Source of the DNA: Candidatus Wolframiiraptor gerlachensis
GTDB taxonomy: Archaea; Thermoproteota; Nitrososphaeria_A; Caldarchaeales; Wolframiiraptoraceae
Direction of reading: 5' to 3'
Assembly: GCA_021323375.2 (NCBI GenBank)
Contig: JAJPCT020000017.1
Location: forward strand, 1 to 64,000
Length of the DNA stretch: 64,000 nt
In this document: positions 58,370-64,000 of the stretch, one piece after another
How positions within the stretch are numbered: position 1 is the first letter of the stretch
How the letters are laid out: each line of letters opens with the position of its first letter
Notes under the pieces: model-generated
Databases searched by the model: none
The model's input: only the letters and a program-made list of their open reading frames with translations
What the model was told of the DNA's origin: nothing
Program-made: the position numbers and the translations under genes

Positions 58370-60052
58370 ATGAGTAGGAAGATAGGTTTTAATAGAAAGA
58401 TCTCACGTAGAGAGGCTATTTCGACTGCTGGTAAGATTGCTATTAGTGCTGTTGTGGCGGGTGTTGTTGCTGGTGTTGGTGGATATTATGCTGGGAGCGC
58501 GGCCGCTGCGCCGACAACGGTGGAGAGAACAGTTACTCATACCGTAACCGCTGCAGAGAGGACCGTGACAACCACTGTGACAGCTCCCGGAGTCACTGCA
58601 ACCGTCACTGCTCCCGCAGCCACTGTAACGGTGACGAAGACTGTCGCGGCGCCAGTGGCTGCAAGGCCCTATGAGGGTGTAAAGTTGACGGTCTTATGTC
58701 ATACTGGTGTCCAGGCAGGGCCGTGGCACGCGTACAAGGAGGATATAAAGAACTTATATGGTATAGATCTAGAGGTTGTCGAGGCTCCACCCGAGGAGCT
58801 TTATTCTAAGGGTCTCCTCGGATTAAAGTCTAAGCCGGCAGATTATGATCTCGTGCAGTTTAACTCAGCTTGGATTGGAGACTTCGAACCATATCTGCAG
58901 CCATTGGACGAATATGTTCAGAAGGCTGATCCAGGATGGGGCGATGTTCTTCCAGGATTCCGACTATTCCGAAGCATGTGGGCCGGCAAGATCTACTCTT
59001 GGACACTTGACGGAGATACATTCATGTTCTACTATCGAAAAGATCTCTTCGACCACCCCGAGGAGAAGGAGGAGTTCCGCAAGAGATATGGCTATGAACT
59101 CGGCCCGCCGAAGACCTGGGATCAGGTGCGTGATATTGCTGAGTTCTTCACTAGAAAAGCCGGAGATAGGCTTGCTGGAAGCAAGCTATTGAAAGACTTT
59201 TATGGCTATGCTGACCAAGCTAAGAGGGGAAGAGTATACTACTGGTATCTCTTCAGGTGGATACCTTATAGAGCTGCTGAGGAGGGCGGTATCCCACACT
59301 ACTTTGACCCAGATACCATGAAGCCGTTGATAAATACGCCTGCATCTGTTAAGGCACTAGAGGCGATGAGAGATATATTAAAGTTCTCACCACCAGGCGT
59401 TCTCGGATTTGAGTGGACGGAGCTATTCACAGCAGCCATGAGCGATAGCGTCATCGCCATGTGGATTCACTGGCCTGACGAGGGAGACAGGTTCCAGGAC
59501 AAGCTCCAGCCATTACCAGTTGAGAACCCGCCGAAACCACAGCTGGGATTCGCCCCAACGCCAGGAGTTGAAAAAGATGGCAAACTATATCGGTATACCC
59601 TCATTGATACTGCTTGGGAGCTAGGGATTGCTAAGAATAGCAGGAATCCAGAGGCGGCCTATGCGGTTCTATATTTCTTGATGAGGTCTGATAATGCCTT
59701 GGAGAGGGTTATGGCGCCAACAGCTAAGGTGCCGAGCTCGAATCATGATCCATATGCCTACTCGCAGTTCTACTCTCCAAGATGGCGTGCTGAGAAGCCA
59801 TGGGTTGGGCCGTTCCTAGATGCTGAGCTTGAGGCGCTGAAGAATCCATATCCGCTGCTCAGGATACCGGGAGGCTTTGAGTATCTAGATGCGCTGGATC
59901 TAGCTGTATCAGAGTGCCTAGCCGGAGCGAAGGATGCTAAGAGCGCTCTAGATGAGGCTGCTGCAAAGTGGGAGGAGATAACAGACAGGCTTGGAAGAGA
60001 GAGGCAGAAAGAGTTCTACCACAAGATGTGGATGGTGCCGCTAGTCTTCTAA
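58370..60052 (+). CDS. sugar ABC transporter substrate-binding protein with Tat signal
   Basis: SRREAI, Thr/Val-rich linker, YYRKDLF, PKTWDQV. Confidence 0.9.
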   Translation: MSRKIGFNRKISRREAISTAGKIAISAVVAGVVAGVGGYYAGSAAAAPTTVERTVTHTVTAAERTVTTTVTAPGVTATVTAPAATVTVTKTVAAPVAARPYEGVKLTVLCHTGVQAGPWHAYKEDIKNLYGIDLEVVEAPPEELYSKGLLGLKSKPADYDLVQFNSAWIGDFEPYLQPLDEYVQKADPGWGDVLPGFRLFRSMWAGKIYSWTLDGDTFMFYYRKDLFDHPEEKEEFRKRYGYELGPPKTWDQVRDIAEFFTRKAGDRLAGSKLLKDFYGYADQAKRGRVYYWYLFRWIPYRAAEEGGIPHYFDPDTMKPLINTPASVKALEAMRDILKFSPPGVLGFEWTELFTAAMSDSVIAMWIHWPDEGDRFQDKLQPLPVENPPKPQLGFAPTPGVEKDGKLYRYTLIDTAWELGIAKNSRNPEAAYAVLYFLMRSDNALERVMAPTAKVPSSNHDPYAYSQFYSPRWRAEKPWVGPFLDAELEALKNPYPLLRIPGGFEYLDALDLAVSECLAGAKDAKSALDEAAAKWEEITDRLGRERQKEFYHKMWMVPLVF

Positions 60053-60108
60053 ACCACCAAATTTTTTATATTTCTTTCCAGCTCTAAAAATAGAACATAA
60101 CCTAAGGG

Positions 60109-60972
60109 GTGGATTGTATGCGTGAGAGAAGAACAGCGTATATGTTTGTCCTTCCGGCCCTAATCCTATTAATAGCGGCCGTAATCTTCCCTATGGTTTT
60201 CTCGATAAATGTTGCTCTTAGAAAGTATGATCTAAGGCTTCCCACGGAGGATTATCCATTCATTGGGATAGATAATTTCCTGAGAGCGGCTCGTGACAAG
60301 TACTTCCTTAACTCATTACTCATCACATTACAATTTGTCGTCATGGGGATAGCTTTACAATTCCCGATAGGGCTTGGTGTTGCCGTTCTCTTAAGCAGGT
60401 TTAGGTGGAGGCGCTATGTCTTACCAGCGATAGCAATCCCAGTCTTAACACCTCCCATCGTCGCCGGCTACATGGGAATAATACTTTTTCACCCGGATGG
60501 CGTCGTGAATTATTTCCTAAGCTTATTTGGCGCATCAAAGATCCCCTGGTATTCAAGGCCGGATACAGCCCTAATCACATGTGTCTTAATAGATACTTGG
60601 CAATGGTATCCCTTCATAACGTTAATACTTCTTGCCGGAATACTCTCAATACCCCCGGAATACATTGAGGCGGCGCGAATAGATGGAGCTTCGGAAAGAT
60701 CGATCTTTAGGCATGTCATTCTCCCGATGCTGAGGGGCGTGATAGCGGTGGCGCTCATCTTCAGAATGCTTGAAATGCTCAGGGTCTTCGACGTAATATA
60801 TATCGTGACTTATGGTGGTCCTGGAACCGCTACTCAAGTAACAAACTTCTATGGCTATCTTGTGGGATTTCATTACTGGGATCTTGGATATGCGGCAGCG
60901 ATGGGCTGGATCCTCGTAATAATATTGAGCATATTAGTGACTTATTACATGAGGGCGTTTAGGGTGAGTTGA
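60109..60972 (+). CDS. sugar ABC permease (MalF-type)
   Basis: DTWQWYPF, EAARIDGA. Confidence 0.92.
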   Translation: MDCMRERRTAYMFVLPALILLIAAVIFPMVFSINVALRKYDLRLPTEDYPFIGIDNFLRAARDKYFLNSLLITLQFVVMGIALQFPIGLGVAVLLSRFRWRRYVLPAIAIPVLTPPIVAGYMGIILFHPDGVVNYFLSLFGASKIPWYSRPDTALITCVLIDTWQWYPFITLILLAGILSIPPEYIEAARIDGASERSIFRHVILPMLRGVIAVALIFRMLEMLRVFDVIYIVTYGGPGTATQVTNFYGYLVGFHYWDLGYAAAMGWILVIILSILVTYYMRAFRVS

Positions 60973-60973
60973 G

Positions 60974-61789
60974 ATGAGGAGAACAAGTCTAATGGAGGTC
61001 GCTAAGATAATCTTGGTCGCAATAATCCTCCTCATAACCCTCTTCCCAATCTATTGGATGATTATAACATCGTTAGAACCATGGGAGCTGGTTCTCGTAT
61101 GGCCTCCAGCCTTCCTTCCAAGACAATTGACTATAGAGTATTGGGAGTGGGCTGGATCCCGGTTCCTCCTTCCACTACGAAACTCATTAATAATTGCTGG
61201 ATCGACCACAGCAATATCGGTTGCGCTGGGATTCCCTGCAGCATATAGTTTCTCTAGATTCCGTATAGGCGGGACAACTCTGCCATTCTGGGTCCTCTCA
61301 TTAAGATTCCTGCCAGGGATCGTGCCATGCGTAGCCTTCTACATACTCTTCAGATTCCTCGGTCTTCTCGACACCCACCTAGCAGTGATAATCGCCCACC
61401 TACTGATAACATTACCCTTCTCAGTATGGATGTTTAAGGTCTTTTTAGACGCCGTGCCAAGAGACCTTGAAGAGGCGGCCCTCGTGGATGGATGCACATA
61501 CTCCCAAGTTCTGATAAGGATCATCTTACCAATAGCTCTACCCTCAATAGCCGTCGTAGCGCTCTTCAGCTTCACCTGGTCTTGGAACGAGTTCATGATG
61601 GCCCTAATCCTTACAAAGTCTCAGGCATACACTCTCCCCGTAATGATCGCCGGCTTCCGAGGCGCAGGAATGATCTGGGGAGGCGTATCCGCTGGAGCAC
61701 TACTCTCATTAATCCCCGCAATAATATTAGCCATCTTCTTCCAAAGATACCTAGTCGCCGGGTTAACCATGGGAGCTGTCAAAGGTTAG
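60974..61789 (+). CDS. sugar ABC permease (MalG-type)
   Basis: EEAALVDG, WNEF, GLTMGAVKG. Confidence 0.92.
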   Translation: MRRTSLMEVAKIILVAIILLITLFPIYWMIITSLEPWELVLVWPPAFLPRQLTIEYWEWAGSRFLLPLRNSLIIAGSTTAISVALGFPAAYSFSRFRIGGTTLPFWVLSLRFLPGIVPCVAFYILFRFLGLLDTHLAVIIAHLLITLPFSVWMFKVFLDAVPRDLEEAALVDGCTYSQVLIRIILPIALPSIAVVALFSFTWSWNEFMMALILTKSQAYTLPVMIAGFRGAGMIWGGVSAGALLSLIPAIILAIFFQRYLVAGLTMGAVKG

Positions 61790-61957
61790 CTTAAATGAGG
61801 TTTTACAGCCTAATAATCCCTCCCAACACCATTTTATAGAGTAATCCCAACCACAATCATAAAATTTGAAAGTCCCAAAACTCTTCGACGACACCGTAAG
61901 CTTGAGAGACGCCGAGCACTAGACAGGATTAGGCTGGAGGGAGCCGAAGATTGCTGA

Positions 61958-62398
61958 TTAGCCTATTACTTCAACTGGGGTAGGTGCTACGATGAATTTT
62001 TGAGCTTCGAGAAGTGGTGGATCGGTAATCAGGAATAGGTTTACGACTGTTCCGGGTTCATAGGTGTGGGGTAGAGGTACTCGAAGGGCTGCTCTCTGCC
62101 CTACTTTAACGATTGTTGTTCCAAGCATTCCCTCAACGGGCAAATCTATCCGCTCTTTATCCAAAACTATCGCTTTTATAACAAAATCCACCGTGCCGGT
62201 ATTTTGCACCGTGAATGTGATGTAAGCCTCTCCCGAGTTTGGATTCACATATATGGTATTCTGCATGACAGTATAGTCCACCCTCTCTGCAGGTTTTACT
62301 ATGAAGAAGGAATATGCGAAGATTATCATTGTGCAGATAAGCAAGCATAGAACTATCCCCATAGTTATGCTAATCGTGCCGCCCCCTTTACTGTTCAT
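61958..62398 (-). CDS. archaeal pilin-like surface protein
   Basis: MNSKG then hydrophobic helix; beta-rich TVQNTG domain. Confidence 0.55.
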   Translation of the reverse strand: MNSKGGGTISITMGIVLCLLICTMIIFAYSFFIVKPAERVDYTVMQNTIYVNPNSGEAYITFTVQNTGTVDFVIKAIVLDKERIDLPVEGMLGTTIVKVGQRAALRVPLPHTYEPGTVVNLFLITDPPLLEAQKFIVAPTPVEVIG

Positions 62399-63372
62399 TT
62401 AACAAACACCCCCGCCCTTCTCATAGCTAAAGCTGCAACGAGGAGAATAATTCCTCTTACTACATATTGCATGAAGCCGCCTATCCCTGCAAGAACCATA
62501 ATATTCAATATTGATGTCATGATAAAGGCGCCTATCGCTGTGGCTATCAAACTACCTGTTCCACCGGTAAGGGCTACACCGCCAACCACAACCGCCGCGA
62601 TAACATCAAGCTCATATCCTAGCCCTGAGTGGGGGTATCCGGCCCCAAGCCTAACTCCAAGCACGTAACCAGCGATAGCGGAGCAAACGCCTGAAAAAAC
62701 AAAAGCAAGATTCTTTACACCAGAGTTATCGACCCCTAGATTTCTAACAGCGAGCTCATTTGAGCCTGTAGCTCTGACATAGAGGCCTAACCGTGTTTTC
62801 TCAAAGAATAGAGTTAATATTACTAAAGCAATGAGATAAATCCAGAATATTATGGGAACGCCATAAAGAACCTCATTTAATCTGAGAAACTCTTCATTAT
62901 AGACTGGTATATTCAAGCCACCGGAAATTATGTAGGCTATCCCTCGAACAACGGTTAACGTTCCAAGTGTAACCACAAATGAAGGTATCCGGAGTTTTGT
63001 CACGAAGATGCCATTGGTCAGACCTATAATGCCGCCAATCGTCATCACTGAGAAGAGGGCCATATAAGGCGAGAAGTTATATTGAGCTATCAGTATCGCT
63101 GCTACAACATTGGCTAGTCCGATAATGGATCCGACCGATAAATCTATGCTTCCAGAAAGTATGACAAAGGCCTCTCCAAGAGCGGCAATCGCGATTACGC
63201 TTACCTGGCCAAGAAGCATGGTTATGTTTTGGGGCAGATAGAATTGTGGCGTGACCACAGCAGCCAAGATTAGAATACCAATAAATCCCGTCAACGATTT
63301 AAGCTCATCTATTGATGCATACTTTTCCTTTATCGTTGTAAGTAACCTGGAGTAAAAAGTATTCCGAGCCAT
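62395..63372 (-). CDS. RbsC-type monosaccharide ABC permease
   Basis: IDLSVGS, IPSFVVTLG, YELDVIAAVVVGG. Confidence 0.92.
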   Translation of the reverse strand: MARNTFYSRLLTTIKEKYASIDELKSLTGFIGILILAAVVTPQFYLPQNITMLLGQVSVIAIAALGEAFVILSGSIDLSVGSIIGLANVVAAILIAQYNFSPYMALFSVMTIGGIIGLTNGIFVTKLRIPSFVVTLGTLTVVRGIAYIISGGLNIPVYNEEFLRLNEVLYGVPIIFWIYLIALVILTLFFEKTRLGLYVRATGSNELAVRNLGVDNSGVKNLAFVFSGVCSAIAGYVLGVRLGAGYPHSGLGYELDVIAAVVVGGVALTGGTGSLIATAIGAFIMTSILNIMVLAGIGGFMQYVVRGIILLVAALAMRRAGVFVK

Positions 63373-63376
63373 TCTC

Positions 63377-64000
63377 TCACAACCTCATTAATCTTACAAG
63401 CTCTACAGGATTTGTCTCCTCCGGCATTTTCTCAGCTATAATTCTTCCACTCCGCATCACAAGTATTCTGTCAGAGTACCTAATTATAGCATTTAGATCG
63501 TGAGCCACATATATCCCACCAATCATCTTGGTCTTTATCAATTGTTTTACAAAGTTCATCACCTGTTCTGATGCTCCTGCAGATAAGTTGGCTGTAGGCT
63601 CGTCCAGAAGCAGCACCTTAGGATCGAACATGAGTGTTCTTAGTATCGCGACCATCTGCTGCTGCCCTCCTGATAGAAATCTTACTTTCTTTTCAATGCT
63701 CGGAATATCGAATTTTAGATCCTTTAACTTCTCTTTCAAGATCTTTTTCATGAGCTTGTAATTCAAGAATTCGCCCGATACGATTTCCCTGCCCAAGAAG
63801 ACATTTTGTGTAACATTTAAGTCGGGACATAACATGAAGTCCTGAAAGACCATCTCAATGCCTGCTTTTCTAGCATCCATAGGGCTTTTAAATTTCACCT
63901 CCTTTTTCTCTAGAAATATTTTACCTGAGTCGGGGGAATATACCCCGGCAATTATCTTCAATAATGTCGATTTTCCTGCCCCATTATCTCCGATGATTGC
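63377..64000 (-). CDS. monosaccharide ABC ATPase, 5'-partial
   Basis: Frame is open to the window edge with IIGDNGAGKSTL; LSGGQQQ, LDEPTANL. Confidence 0.9.
   Translation of the reverse strand, partial: AIIGDNGAGKSTLLKIIAGVYSPDSGKIFLEKKEVKFKSPMDARKAGIEMVFQDFMLCPDLNVTQNVFLGREIVSGEFLNYKLMKKILKEKLKDLKFDIPSIEKKVRFLSGGQQQMVAILRTLMFDPKVLLLDEPTANLSAGASEQVMNFVKQLIKTKMIGGIYVAHDLNAIIRYSDRILVMRSGRIIAEKMPEETNPVELVRLMRL

Noticed and set aside
58510-58650. Imperfect Thr/Val codon repeats
   Set aside because: Ordinary linker of archaeal solute-binding proteins

Overview
Chromosomal segment of a thermophilic archaeon (reverse gyrase, gatDE, egsA, Rpo4, eL21). It is most likely Aigarchaeota/Caldarchaeales, because the ubiquitin closely resembles the Caldiarchaeum subterraneum protein as I recall it. 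The main feature is a eukaryote-like ubiquitin locus (divergent Rpn11/JAMM, Ub, E2, E1, small RING E3) extended by two coiled-coil genes and a 4-TM membrane protein with a C-terminal RING. About 9 kb further on are Vps4/CdvC, ESCRT-III/CdvB, a stand-alone herA-nurA pair and four paralogous winged-helix genes. The rest comprises housekeeping genes, a gamma-glutamyl amine catabolism cluster, an intron-containing tRNA-Thr(GGU), and an AT-richer right end with the pst operon and sugar ABC transporters. Features missed by the ORF track include two dual-guide C/D box sRNAs with recognisable rRNA targets, a 55-nt covarying element duplicated on both sides of rpn11, an in-frame propeptide relic after the ubiquitin stop, a structured probable rRNA leader at the left edge, and several frameshifts. 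All assignments come from reading motifs by eye; no searches were run.
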